A DNA stretch of 64,000 nt from a virus, in IMG/VR virus record IMGVR_UViG_3300030397_000824, positions 37,047 to 101,046 of that record. The stretch is one strand, 5' to 3'. Each line of letters opens with the position of its first letter. The first letter of the stretch is position 1. Of the stretch, positions 16,562 through 25,938 are shown in pieces. Both the position numbers and the translations under genes were made by a program. Under the pieces are notes generated by a model. The model was not told the origin of the DNA, made no database searches, and saw nothing but the letters and a program-made list of their open reading frames with translations.

Positions 16562-17187
16562 ATCAAACCCTTGTTTCTTTGTCTCTCCGCAACATAGTCT
16601 GCGACCGTTATACCACCCGGGAGGACAGCTTCTCCGTCTGGTTGAGCAAAATATACAACCGAGTATTGACTGCGCTCGAACATATCCTTACTCACGCCAT
16701 GGAGGGTGGGTGGATATACCGTTTTGTTTGCCATAACCAATTGCATCAACTCACCAAACACCAGACCAGTTCGAAATTCATTTTGAATATGTTCTGGCCA
16801 TGTTTTTCGGGAATCGTTTGGATAGAACATTGTGTCTTGGAAATTCCGATATAATGTTAACGTAAACATGTTAGCATCAGCATGCGGGAGGTTATCGGTG
16901 CCGGGTGGATATTCCAATACTCGGAGTCGGCTGTGGGTTATATTGGGCCAATATTTTCTGGGTATCCCAAGAGTGATAGCAACCCGTAAGGATTCATGGT
17001 GAGCACGCTCGACGCAAGAATACAATAGCCTCTTCTCGGAACCGTCGATATTAGAATCAACGATATTCTTAACCGATACATAAGACGACACCCGCTTCGA
17101 ATTACCACTCCGTCCTGAAAAACTCGGAAAACTATCGTGGAGAGTTAGTTTGCTTAGGGTGTAATAATCGGATGCAGAAAATAACAT
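16558..17187 (-). CDS. 2OG-Fe(II) oxygenase, IPNS/DIOX-like
   Basis: LRVLEYPP, HAD...H triad (PHAD, TLHGV), QYSVVYF; TAATG overlap. Confidence 0.75.
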   Translation of the reverse strand: MLFSASDYYTLSKLTLHDSFPSFSGRSGNSKRVSSYVSVKNIVDSNIDGSEKRLLYSCVERAHHESLRVAITLGIPRKYWPNITHSRLRVLEYPPGTDNLPHADANMFTLTLYRNFQDTMFYPNDSRKTWPEHIQNEFRTGLVFGELMQLVMANKTVYPPTLHGVSKDMFERSQYSVVYFAQPDGEAVLPGGITVADYVAERQRNKGLI

Positions 17188-17900
17188 TAGTCGGTCAGAC
17201 ACCGAAGCATATTCTGACGGGAATATTCAGACATGGTTCTTTGATTGAACTGAACACTATCTGCGATATCCGTAATATCTGAGTATCCGATGGCTTCCTC
17301 AAGATTAGCACGAAGTGTTGCCAAATTTTCCTCAACGGATAGGGACGGATCGATACGGTTTACAATTTCGGCATCCCATTCGGTCCATTCTTCCCATTCG
17401 AGTTCCGAAGCATGTTGGGATTGGTCGGTTAGGGTGGACTGCTCACCATCACGCTGCAATCGTATGAGGGTACCATCCAAGTCCCTCACGAACTGGAGTT
17501 CATTTAGGAAACGGCAGTCGGTGAGCAGTCCGTAGTCGTAATCATCATAGTCGCCACGCATTATCGCGAGTTTGAGTGCTATGATCCAAATATCTTTGTG
17601 GAGCCCGTTACGCATGGCTTCGGTGCCGAGTTCTTGCATAACAACTCGCCGGGTTTTTCCAAGCATTTGACATGCGGGGTCTGGGGAACCATCATCGAGG
17701 GTATCACCCTCTTTGTAATCGAAATCATGTTCGAGTCGTTCCCGGTCCCATCCAAACATCATTGTGCAAATATCTTTTAGACATTTGGCGAATGACAATT
17801 TGGTTACGGTGTAGCCTTTCTCTTCGAGTGCTTCAGTGATAAGCATACCAGCAGTATCTTTACCACCACCGGCTTTGGCGGTGAATCCAATGACTTTCAT
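17187..17900 (-). CDS. Deoxynucleoside monophosphate kinase (T4 gp1-like)
   Basis: GFTAKAGGGKDT, R.VMQELGTE.MR, TDCRFLNE. Confidence 0.92.
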   Translation of the reverse strand: MKVIGFTAKAGGGKDTAGMLITEALEEKGYTVTKLSFAKCLKDICTMMFGWDRERLEHDFDYKEGDTLDDGSPDPACQMLGKTRRVVMQELGTEAMRNGLHKDIWIIALKLAIMRGDYDDYDYGLLTDCRFLNELQFVRDLDGTLIRLQRDGEQSTLTDQSQHASELEWEEWTEWDAEIVNRIDPSLSVEENLATLRANLEEAIGYSDITDIADSVQFNQRTMSEYSRQNMLRCLTD

Positions 17901-17924
17901 GATGTTCTCCAATCCATATGAATT

Positions 17925-17954
17925 AAGATAATCAGTATCGGATGTTATTTCAAG
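17925..17954 (-). promoter_or_regulatory. RpoH/sigma70-type promoter
   Basis: cTTGAAA-N17-TATCTT upstream of dNMP kinase. Confidence 0.6.
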
Positions 17955-18449
17955 TTATGCGGCTTCCTCAGATAGCTTATCCCAACCATACTTCGCGATT
18001 AGCGCGGCCTCGGACCGACCCTCATCTGCGGTTTTGTATTTGAAATCGGATTCGTTGAGCGGCCAAATCTTTCGAGCCAATTCGACGGAATCGCCCTTGG
18101 CGGCTTTAATCAACCCGGCTTGGCGTTTCCATACCTGTGGAGTTACCATGGTGTATTCTAAACCGAGTCCAGTCAGAATTCCCTGCCACTGTCCGAGGTT
18201 CTGTCCGAAACGGAACATTCCTGTGACGCCTTGCCCCGGCATCGCAGAAACTTTTTCTAGAAAGACATGATCGACATCGGTTATGAGTAATTCACGACAC
18301 GCGACGAGGTCCATGTCGTTACGTGTGGTCTTCTTTCCTTTTTTAACAAATGGAATGGAGACTGTTGGAGTCCGATGTGTAATGAGTTCGGTTGGGTTAT
18401 AAAAAGCAATGCCGCCTTTGAGACCCGGGTCAATTCCTACAATGTACAT
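17955..18449 (-). CDS. RuvC-like Holliday junction resolvase
   Basis: IVGIDPG, VFLEKV.AMPGQGV..MF.FG, SEAALIA. Confidence 0.88.
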   Translation of the reverse strand: MYIVGIDPGLKGGIAFYNPTELITHRTPTVSIPFVKKGKKTTRNDMDLVACRELLITDVDHVFLEKVSAMPGQGVTGMFRFGQNLGQWQGILTGLGLEYTMVTPQVWKRQAGLIKAAKGDSVELARKIWPLNESDFKYKTADEGRSEAALIAKYGWDKLSEEAA

Positions 18450-18464
18450 ATGTCACCTCTGCCG

Positions 18465-18470
18465 TATTTA
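18465..18470 (-). promoter_or_regulatory. Late promoter
   Basis: CTAAATAC upstream of resolvase. Confidence 0.55.
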
Positions 18471-18490
18471 GAGCAGGGGCGATCACAAAG

Positions 18491-19207
18491 TCAACTGTAC
18501 ATTCCGGGATAATATTCCCCATATTGGTCGGCTACGAGGGAGATCAATTCAGGCGTCAAAGTTATCGTTTCATCGTGTCCCTTGAGTTGCCATGTATTGC
18601 TGGATAGTTGCAGAGAATTCAACCGATCCGACGAACATTCGAGTGTCGTTCCCATGACAGCTTCGAGTGTGGTGAAATCCAATTCTTCTTGGTACAGGAC
18701 ATGAACAAATCGAAAGCGTTCCCGGAGGGTTTGAATCACGTAATCATAATACAACCAATCATTTTGATTGCGTGACACGACTTCAAACACCCGTTGCTCA
18801 AAATCCTCTTGATTTGCTACATCGAAGACCTTGGCCGATTCTGCGTATCGCGATGCCAGCCATGTTGCTTGGTCTCTAACACCGAAAATAACATGCTGGT
18901 CCCTGTACAACGCTTGGAGGTGCGAGAGGACATGCACCGGGGGTATATGTGGAAAGTCTTCCTGCCAGAAATTCTTCCAGTGGATGGTGATATTCTCGTC
19001 TGAAATTATATTAGGCGATCCACTTGAATAACGTGTCATGTATTTTTCCATATCACGTGATTCACCATTCACGTACCCTCGTAGGTCGTGGATGAGGTCG
19101 GGGTCGGTGTATTTGTGGAAATAGCGAATTCCGTTAGCTGTGGAAAGCGCATTCTGGAGGACTGTAGTACCGGTTTTGGGGAGACCAATATGAACGAAAA
19201 ACTTCAC
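18491..19207 (-). CDS. Sulfotransferase-family protein
   Basis: FVHIGLPKTGTT (5'-PSB) and R.Q..WLASRY (3'-PB-like); GTG start overlapping upstream TGA. Confidence 0.75.
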   Translation of the reverse strand: MKFFVHIGLPKTGTTVLQNALSTANGIRYFHKYTDPDLIHDLRGYVNGESRDMEKYMTRYSSGSPNIISDENITIHWKNFWQEDFPHIPPVHVLSHLQALYRDQHVIFGVRDQATWLASRYAESAKVFDVANQEDFEQRVFEVVSRNQNDWLYYDYVIQTLRERFRFVHVLYQEELDFTTLEAVMGTTLECSSDRLNSLQLSSNTWQLKGHDETITLTPELISLVADQYGEYYPGMYS

Positions 19208-19398
19208 TTCATGAGTCCAATGAAAATTCCCTTTAGGAATCCGTATGTCCAGAGTATGGGAGCGATTACCAGAACGGCCAACCAAGCAAACGAGGACAAC
19301 TTCATAAATGGATCAACCGCTTTCTTCATTACCAAAATGGCAACCAACAAATACAGCGACCCGGCGAGTACGTATGGATTATCAAACAATTCTGTCAA
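19204..19398 (-). CDS. Small membrane protein
   Basis: Two hydrophobic stretches; coupled overlaps. Confidence 0.65.
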   Translation of the reverse strand: MTELFDNPYVLAGSLYLLVAILVMKKAVDPFMKLSSFAWLAVLVIAPILWTYGFLKGIFIGLMK

Positions 19399-19961
19399 AA
19401 TTGAATCCCCAGATCATCCTGACTGCAAGTTACCTTACGGATGGTAAACCCCTTTGGTTCTTCTGAGGTCTTTCCTAAATTCTCTTCGATGAAATCAAGG
19501 CAGTACCCGTATGGGACGGTCGAGGAAACCTCCCGATACTCGTATGGCTCGTCCTTAACCAACTTTTCTAACACCAAAGTCATTGATGCCAAATCGGTGG
19601 AATACACGATGGTGTCACCTTCCAGTCTGCGCTTTCGATAATCGCTGATGATTTTAATTTCATCGAACATTCCTTTCGGATCGATCCCTGAGTAATTGGC
19701 GGTGACGGTTGGGTAACGAAGTGGGGATATTGACGGGGTGACCGTCATCCGTCCTTCCTGTTCCAGTATGTTGAACATCTCTACCGCCTGACGATGACGC
19801 TGCTGGTCGAGAGCTAATGCTTCACCAACAGTAAGGCCGCTACCATAATGTGTCTCAGGATGATAGGTTTGCAATTCTTCCCGGGACGGATGCGACGTTT
19901 GGCATCCGATGAGAAAAACAGAAATTATGAGTAGACGAAGGAACACCGAATTAGTCTTCAA
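19395..19961 (-). CDS. Putative lipoprotein
   Basis: Signal peptide with LIGC lipobox. Confidence 0.6.
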   Translation of the reverse strand: MKTNSVFLRLLIISVFLIGCQTSHPSREELQTYHPETHYGSGLTVGEALALDQQRHRQAVEMFNILEQEGRMTVTPSISPLRYPTVTANYSGIDPKGMFDEIKIISDYRKRRLEGDTIVYSTDLASMTLVLEKLVKDEPYEYREVSSTVPYGYCLDFIEENLGKTSEEPKGFTIRKVTCSQDDLGIQF

Positions 19962-20124
19962 GTGGCAACACTTCCATCAGGATTTTCGGTTCCCGCTTCG
20001 GGGAGATTCCCGCTGCGAATTCCTCAGCCTTGTTGAATGTAGTAAAGGTACGAGAGGTGGCAAGAGCGTACTTCCCCTTGACACCATCTTTGGTGTCCAT
20101 ACGACAGATAACAAAATAGTTCAT
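19951..20124 (-). CDS. Hypothetical protein
   Basis: ATG 20124 in ATGA overlap. Confidence 0.55.
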   Translation of the reverse strand: MNYFVICRMDTKDGVKGKYALATSRTFTTFNKAEEFAAGISPKREPKILMEVLPLED

Positions 20125-20966
20125 GCGGCATTCCTCGCGTCTTCCCACTCCCAGTATTGTTCCGGAAGTAAGAATTTGATGTTGTGTTCGTTAGCATGCC
20201 CGATCAGCGCCTTTTTGTCAACGCCGCTGAACCGAATCAGCAAATACATGTAGATGCCAACAAACTCGGGGCCGTGGACTTGATGTCGCTTTCCATCAGC
20301 CGTTTTATTACCCCAGTGTTTGTAACTGTGCAACGTATGTGCAAACTCGTGTATCAGTACCAGACGAGTACAATGGGAGGGCAGCAAACGAATCTGGCTT
20401 GCGCTACCCCATGAACACGAACCGCTGGCACGGAATTTAAGTTCCGGGATATCCACGTTCAATCTCTCACACATTTCTGATAAGAGAGCATGCAGATATT
20501 TCTTCTCACGACGAATGTTCAAATCAGTCGTCTTAACAAAAGAGCCGGTGGTATTAGGGACTTCTTTTCCCAGATCGCGAGCCATGATATGTTCCCATTT
20601 ATACACTTTTGATTTTTGGGAATCTCGGGGGCGATAACGCTTACGTTTCTCGGGATAATCGAAATTCTCATCCCAGTGGGTGATGGCAGCGCGTGCTTCT
20701 TCTTCGGTAGGATAGGCGACGGTTTCCTTACGAGGATAATTCGAATACGAAACTTCGACTTCCTCGAACATAGCCACAGTTTTCCAGTCGGTGGTGCAAT
20801 TGCGGTTGGGACGCCAAAACACGTAGAACTCATCGTAACCGTTTTCCACGATTCCGAACAGCCCGTAGTTACTGGATTTTTCTTCGTGAATTACCTCAAA
20901 CTCCGAGGTGTAACCACCAGCGTCGAGATAAATATAATTACGTGAATGTCTTCCTCTCCAAGTCAT
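20121..20966 (-). CDS. SprT-like zinc metalloprotease domain protein
   Basis: LIHEFAH...HGPEF; GGAG RBS. Confidence 0.75.
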   Translation of the reverse strand: MTWRGRHSRNYIYLDAGGYTSEFEVIHEEKSSNYGLFGIVENGYDEFYVFWRPNRNCTTDWKTVAMFEEVEVSYSNYPRKETVAYPTEEEARAAITHWDENFDYPEKRKRYRPRDSQKSKVYKWEHIMARDLGKEVPNTTGSFVKTTDLNIRREKKYLHALLSEMCERLNVDIPELKFRASGSCSWGSASQIRLLPSHCTRLVLIHEFAHTLHSYKHWGNKTADGKRHQVHGPEFVGIYMYLLIRFSGVDKKALIGHANEHNIKFLLPEQYWEWEDARNAA

Positions 20967-20996
20967 TAACGTCTCCTAACTCATTGAATATACGGC

Positions 20997-21025
20997 ATAT
21001 TAGCATATTACGAAGGCGTTGTCAA
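20997..21025 (-). promoter_or_regulatory. sigma70-type promoter
   Basis: TTGACA-N17-TAATAT with extended TG. Confidence 0.75.
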
Positions 21026-21026
21026 G

Positions 21027-21039
21027 TTTCTTGAAGAAA
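21027..21039. promoter_or_regulatory. Palindromic operator-like site
   Basis: TTTCTT-G-AAGAAA; identical copy at 25876-25888. Confidence 0.4.
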
Positions 21040-21040
21040 T

Positions 21041-21487
21041 TTAAGTGGCGAATTTCAAGTCTGGGAGGGGATCATCCGGGAATAAACCACCGTTTTGTAA
21101 AATCACTTTTGTGTATACTGTCCCAACACATGTTGTTTGCTCAAATCCGAGCACGGAACTCCGCTCGTATATCCATTTCAACCTACCAAGGTGATGAAGA
21201 TATCCATCGGATATTATTTCGGGTATTGCGGCAATATGAACCAGAGCATCGTATTCTGAAGCTGTGATTTCTTCGACTAGGAGTTGGTCAATAACTCCCG
21301 CGTGTGAATCCTGATATGTCCGATTGAATTCTGGGGACGGTGGGATATACTCTACATCCTTGGCTCCGAAAGCCAACTCATGACTATCCTCTTGTTTGTG
21401 CCACGCTGCAATGACTAATCCACCAGCACTCTTTGGAGCATTGCGTATTTGGAACCACGACGGGGCGTTTTTAAGCCTATGGGTCAT
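21041..21487 (-). CDS. Hypothetical protein
   Basis: ORF overlapping gp46 stop in the same operon. Confidence 0.6.
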   Translation of the reverse strand: MTHRLKNAPSWFQIRNAPKSAGGLVIAAWHKQEDSHELAFGAKDVEYIPPSPEFNRTYQDSHAGVIDQLLVEEITASEYDALVHIAAIPEIISDGYLHHLGRLKWIYERSSVLGFEQTTCVGTVYTKVILQNGGLFPDDPLPDLKFAT

Positions 21488-23348
21488 ACTCTATTCGGGA
21501 TTGTTTGTTTTCGAGATAAACCTTCATAGTATCATCCGAGCTAGCGGCAATATCTTCCCGGTGGGTAATCAGGAACACGCGCTTATTCTTTTTCTGACTG
21601 ATTTCCCGCAAGGCTTTGATGGAATTGGATGCACCACTTGGGCACATACCGGAATCCAGTAACTCGTCAACTGCCAGAATGTTTATGGGGTAGTTCATGT
21701 ACTCAAAAACATCTTGGAATGAGAAATTCAGTGCCACGCGAAGGCGTGCCCGTTGCCCGCGAGAGAGATTTCCGTAATCAAAATCCTCACCATAATCGGT
21801 AATCGTAATCGTCAAATCGGGATTGAATTTCACGTGATGCGGGAGTGATAACTTTTCAAGCCAGTACGAAATACGACGATTCAGAATGGGCAACCAACGA
21901 TCAATAATCGATTGGCGCAAGAAGCTATCCTTCTTCGTAAGCAGGTCTATCAAATAATTATAGTGTCGAATCAACCGACGCAATTCTTGAACCTCGGAAT
22001 CATCAACATTCTTGATAGCTTTTTCTTGAAGGCCGACAATACTTTCACTATGTGGGTTCGTTTCAGCGGATGTTGAAACAAGCTGCTTTCGTATATTCTC
22101 CAACTCTGTTCCGGCTGATGCGGCTTCTTCGACTGTTTGGTAGGTCAATTCGATTTGGGAGTAATCTTGTATTCGCTCTTCGATGCCTTCCACCTTATCA
22201 GTTTCCTCGACGATAACAATTTCCGCCTCGCTGATTTCTGCGTCGATTGCCTCGAATGCCTCTAGAGATTCTGCACCACTTTGTTGTGCTCGTCTCAGTG
22301 ATTCAGTGGCATTCTCTCTTACTTCCGGATCGGGTTCCCAATGTTGCTTACACGTTGGGCACTCACTGTTATCCAATGAAGCAATAGTAGCCTCGGCGTC
22401 TTCCATCTCTGATACTGCACGAGTGGCTTCGCGTTCGAGTTGATCCTTAGTTCTCTTCCGAGCAGATTGCTCCGAATGTAAATGCTTCAACGTCGCGGTG
22501 GCATCTTTAAGAGAAGCCTTAAGCTCGTCTATTTTCTTGATGGCAGCGATTTCGTCATCGACATTGACAGATTCCAATAGGGCTATGCCTTCGGTTAAAT
22601 CTGTAATGGTCTGTGCTTTCTGTTTTTCCCATGTTTCGGCCCGCGCCGTGAGGTCGTTGATCTGTTCCAGAATTCGGGCATTGGCTTGTTTGGTTGCTTC
22701 TGCTGCGGATTCCGCAGAAGTAAGTTCTTTGTTTTTATCCTTGCGCTGTTCCTTCAGAAGGTTAGCCTTAACCGTCATGATGGTGAATCCAAACAACGGT
22801 TCGATAATGCCCCTTTGTTTTTCATCTTGGAGTTTGAAAAACTCATCAGATTCAGAAGAGTTGGCCACGATGTACTCAAACAGGGTGATACCAAAACCCA
22901 ACAACTCGGTTATTTGTTGCGTGGTTTCTGTTTTCCCCCGGGAAATATCATACTTGAATTTCCGTTTTTCTTTTGTTTTGAAATCTTCATCATTGTCGAG
23001 TGTTTTACGGAAGAGGAAAAGTTTTCCCGGGCGCTCGGACCGCTCGACCCGATATGCGTAATTTCCTTTGGTGAACTCAACCCAAACAATCATTTGCCCT
23101 TTGGACAATTTGTTGATGAGTTTTTGATTGGATATTCCCCGGATAACTTTTCCGAACAGGACATAACACAATGCATCGATGATGGCAGATTTGCCGACGC
23201 CATTCCGTGAGGATTCACCTGCGTCATCGAGGTTTTCACCCATAATGCAGGTGATGAAATCACCAGATAAGTCTACGATTTCTTCCTTTGGTCCGTAGGA
23301 CAGGAAGTTGCGAAACCCTAGATTACCAAATATTAATCCGTTGGACAT
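21477..23348 (-). CDS. gp46: Recombination endonuclease ATPase subunit (gp46/Rad50/SbcC)
   Basis: Walker A RNGVGKS, coiled coil with CPTC hook, LSRGQ signature, AVDELLDSG; start uncertain (23348-23363). Confidence 0.95.
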   Translation of the reverse strand: MSNGLIFGNLGFRNFLSYGPKEEIVDLSGDFITCIMGENLDDAGESSRNGVGKSAIIDALCYVLFGKVIRGISNQKLINKLSKGQMIVWVEFTKGNYAYRVERSERPGKLFLFRKTLDNDEDFKTKEKRKFKYDISRGKTETTQQITELLGFGITLFEYIVANSSESDEFFKLQDEKQRGIIEPLFGFTIMTVKANLLKEQRKDKNKELTSAESAAEATKQANARILEQINDLTARAETWEKQKAQTITDLTEGIALLESVNVDDEIAAIKKIDELKASLKDATATLKHLHSEQSARKRTKDQLEREATRAVSEMEDAEATIASLDNSECPTCKQHWEPDPEVRENATESLRRAQQSGAESLEAFEAIDAEISEAEIVIVEETDKVEGIEERIQDYSQIELTYQTVEEAASAGTELENIRKQLVSTSAETNPHSESIVGLQEKAIKNVDDSEVQELRRLIRHYNYLIDLLTKKDSFLRQSIIDRWLPILNRRISYWLEKLSLPHHVKFNPDLTITITDYGEDFDYGNLSRGQRARLRVALNFSFQDVFEYMNYPINILAVDELLDSGMCPSGASNSIKALREISQKKNKRVFLITHREDIAASSDDTMKVYLENKQSRIEYDP

Positions 23349-23542
23349 GACCATCCGAAACAAAGTGTGGGACGAGTTGTGCCGTTATTAACGTACACAG
23401 TATGTCTTATAAGATTACCCTCTTTTGCTTCGGAATTCAAGGCGTCAAACAAAACACTCGCATCTACTTCGAGCATTTCGGCTAGGCTTCGGGTTGTAAC
23501 GGTGGGATCGTTTTGGATAAGCGTAATAGCTTCATTCATCAT
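23333..23542 (-). CDS. Small winged-HTH-like protein
   Basis: TTRSLAEMLEVDASVLFDALN..KEGNL pattern. Confidence 0.5.
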   Translation of the reverse strand: MMNEAITLIQNDPTVTTRSLAEMLEVDASVLFDALNSEAKEGNLIRHTVYVNNGTTRPTLCFGWSCPTD

Positions 23543-23720
23543 CGTGATCGAACTCCTCGGATTCGTGTTCAATTTCAGCGCCAACGGGACGCAAGGTATA
23601 TCGCCTCATACAGCTACACTCGGATTGAAAGTAAAGTTCCACATCGTTCCATTCCCAATGCATTTCATCACCACAGCATTCGGATGTCGATTCGAACATA
23701 ACGTCAAATTCGTCGGACAT
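23532..23720 (-). CDS. Small acidic Cys-containing protein
   Basis: SECCG...CSC; fills gap between gp47 and gp46. Confidence 0.5.
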   Translation of the reverse strand: MSDEFDVMFESTSECCGDEMHWEWNDVELYFQSECSCMRRYTLRPVGAEIEHESEEFDHDDE

Positions 23721-23771
23721 AATAGTTTTCCATTCAGGTTGATGTCATTGTTTATCGTTTTTGGACAAAAG

Positions 23772-24821
23772 TCATGCACCCGCATCCGGGTCAGCACTAT
23801 TGTATAGTTCTTCTAAGAGTCCTGCATCATAGTCGGACCCTTCGGTATCGATTTTTCTTAGCTGGTCGATAACCATATCATCCACCGATTTTGCATCGGG
23901 GCTGATTTCTATTTCTTCGGCAACATCAAGCTCTTTGTTCATAGGCCGCAAATAAACAGTGCGGCATTTTGTCTCAATAAACTGTTTCAGTTCGATGGCT
24001 TCTTCTACTTCAATACCAACATCATCTTTTATTTCGATAACGGCTTCCGAATCTTCCAAGTCATCAAGGCTGTCCAACATCTCACTTAATGTGGTTCTTA
24101 GATAACTCGGAGCATCCGGCCAGTTATCAAACTCGGGGTCTTTGTTCCATTCAAGGAACATACATCCACGTTCGGTATCATTTACATCATTGAAATTATG
24201 CGGGAAGGCGTTGCCGGGATACCACACGGGAATTCCGTGTTCATTCACCTTCAGTTGGCGCTTGTGGAAGTGACCAGAAAACACTGCATCGCAGTTTATG
24301 AAATGGTCTGCATGTAATCCACCTTTGTCCGGCATTGGCATACCATCGTTTACCAAAAACAGAGGCAATTCGAAGTGACCAAAAATATATTTCACTTCGT
24401 AACTGGGAACTTCTGCGAACTCCCCACCAGTGAGCCATGGTGCGAGCAAAACGTCGTTAATCTCTACTAACTCATTGATTAGAAAGATATTATTTTTAGA
24501 GCCCAAGTAGGGCAACGAAGTGATATCCCGGTTGTTTCTGAAATAGAGATCGTGATTCCCGACGAGCCAATAAATGGGAATTCCCAGTTCATCGAGTAGT
24601 TCGATGGCACGCCATGAATATGTGATTGTATCTACACGAAGGCGGGAGCGATTATCGAACCAATCTCCCATGAAAATAACAGCATCACATTGTTCTTCTC
24701 GGACACGCCGACAAAACCACTGGATGAAATTGAGACAATCGCGGTTGTGGCGCTCGCTGTCGCTTTTGTCACCGAAGTGAATGTCGGTGAACACCGCAGC
24801 CTTATCGAAGAGTTGATTCAT
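23772..24821 (-). CDS. gp47: Recombination endonuclease nuclease subunit (gp47/Mre11/SbcD)
   Basis: TDIHFG, GDWFD, GNHD, GHFH. Confidence 0.95.
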   Translation of the reverse strand: MNQLFDKAAVFTDIHFGDKSDSERHNRDCLNFIQWFCRRVREEQCDAVIFMGDWFDNRSRLRVDTITYSWRAIELLDELGIPIYWLVGNHDLYFRNNRDITSLPYLGSKNNIFLINELVEINDVLLAPWLTGGEFAEVPSYEVKYIFGHFELPLFLVNDGMPMPDKGGLHADHFINCDAVFSGHFHKRQLKVNEHGIPVWYPGNAFPHNFNDVNDTERGCMFLEWNKDPEFDNWPDAPSYLRTTLSEMLDSLDDLEDSEAVIEIKDDVGIEVEEAIELKQFIETKCRTVYLRPMNKELDVAEEIEISPDAKSVDDMVIDQLRKIDTEGSDYDAGLLEELYNSADPDAGA

Positions 24822-24827
24822 GTAGGA

Positions 24828-25109
24828 TTATATACGGTCGAGTTTTTGTAGTATTTCGGTATAGTTCCATTTACGGTCACATTCATTACATTTCATATTA
24901 ATCGACATACCACCGGACGGGCCTTTAAGGAGATCACCGGTACACCCCTCCCACGGACAGACGAGTGTGTCCTTCTTCATCTTCTTCATCTTCGCGAGCA
25001 TAAGCTGGAACCAATAATGACCATCCTTGACGGGTTGTTTTGGGATGTTTACCAGTTCCTTTGATTGAGGAAGATGAAATAGTTCTCGAACGTGTTGCAT
25101 GAATGTCAT
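24828..25109 (-). CDS. Small zinc-binding protein, probably leaderless
   Basis: CPWEGC...CNEC; ATG 6 nt after a -10 box. Confidence 0.65.
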   Translation of the reverse strand: MTFMQHVRELFHLPQSKELVNIPKQPVKDGHYWFQLMLAKMKKMKKDTLVCPWEGCTGDLLKGPSGGMSINMKCNECDRKWNYTEILQKLDRI

Positions 25110-25115
25110 GCGTAA

Positions 25116-25144
25116 ACTATAACGCCAACGAGATTAAAAATCAA
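25116..25144 (-). promoter_or_regulatory. sigma70-type promoter (leaderless geometry)
   Basis: TTGATT-N17-TATAGT-N6-ATG. Confidence 0.6.
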
Positions 25145-25815
25145 CCGTATCTTTTCTTACCTTTGGTAAAATGTCTTTTGTGGAATACGCTATCAAATCC
25201 CTCGACATCTTTAACGCCGTATTGAATTTCGGTTGCACCCTCATCATCCACTTCAACCTCGGTTTTTCTGATTCCATCCTTCTCATCCGACATGGCCTTT
25301 CGTCGCGCCGTAGCTGTTTCCTCATTCTCCACCTGTCGGGTGTTGGATGGGTCGAAACCATACTGTTCCAGAATGTCATCACGAATCCGGCGTACTTTCT
25401 TTTCCTTGTCGAGTGTGGTCAGAAAGGAGTGGGTAACGATTTGCGTCATATAGCCAAACGGGTTGGCTGATTTTTCTGGTTTGAATTTCAGTGTTCCGTT
25501 GAGGAGTGATAGAGTAGCCTCAGACTTCATGTCCTCGATGTACGTGTATCCACGCCAGTTGGCACGTTGTGCGTAACGATCTACTAACATCATAATCATC
25601 TTCACCAACTCGGGCGTCATGCACTCGGCTGCGGTGGGCTCAGTGTTCTTAGCTTTCTTTTTGGCCGCTTCCCAGTTTTCCTTTGACAAGCTGATATGCT
25701 CAAGAAGCCTCTTGTTGTTCAAATAATTCTGTTTTCTACGACGCTTAACCGGTTTTTTAGTTGACGCATCTTTGGCGTCTGCTGCCTTTTTGGCAGTTTT
25801 TGTTGTGGTTGCCAA
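25141..25815 (-). CDS. gp55: Late transcription sigma factor (T4 gp55-like)
   Basis: NYLNNK.LL, NWRGYTYIEDM, F.PEKS.NPF.Y.TQI; TTG start with GGGAG. Confidence 0.92.
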   Translation of the reverse strand: MATTTKTAKKAADAKDASTKKPVKRRRKQNYLNNKRLLEHISLSKENWEAAKKKAKNTEPTAAECMTPELVKMIMMLVDRYAQRANWRGYTYIEDMKSEATLSLLNGTLKFKPEKSANPFGYMTQIVTHSFLTTLDKEKKVRRIRDDILEQYGFDPSNTRQVENEETATARRKAMSDEKDGIRKTEVEVDDEGATEIQYGVKDVEGFDSVFHKRHFTKGKKRYG

Positions 25816-25864
25816 TTTACTCCCCTCGGTTGCCTTGAGATTTCCTCAAGAAAGTTATATCTTC

Positions 25865-25894
25865 AAGATGTTCACTTTCTTGAAGAAAGTCAAG
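25865..25894 (-). promoter_or_regulatory. RpoH-type promoter candidate for gp55
   Basis: cTTGACT-N17-CATCTT, with palindrome in spacer. Confidence 0.55.
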
Positions 25895-25904
25895 GCGATT
25901 TTAT

Positions 25905-25912
25905 TATAAATA
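25905..25912 (+). promoter_or_regulatory. Late promoter (exact T4 consensus)
   Basis: TATAAATA upstream of baseplate operon. Confidence 0.8.
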
Positions 25913-25938
25913 CGTTTTGAATACTTAGGGGTTCCAAC

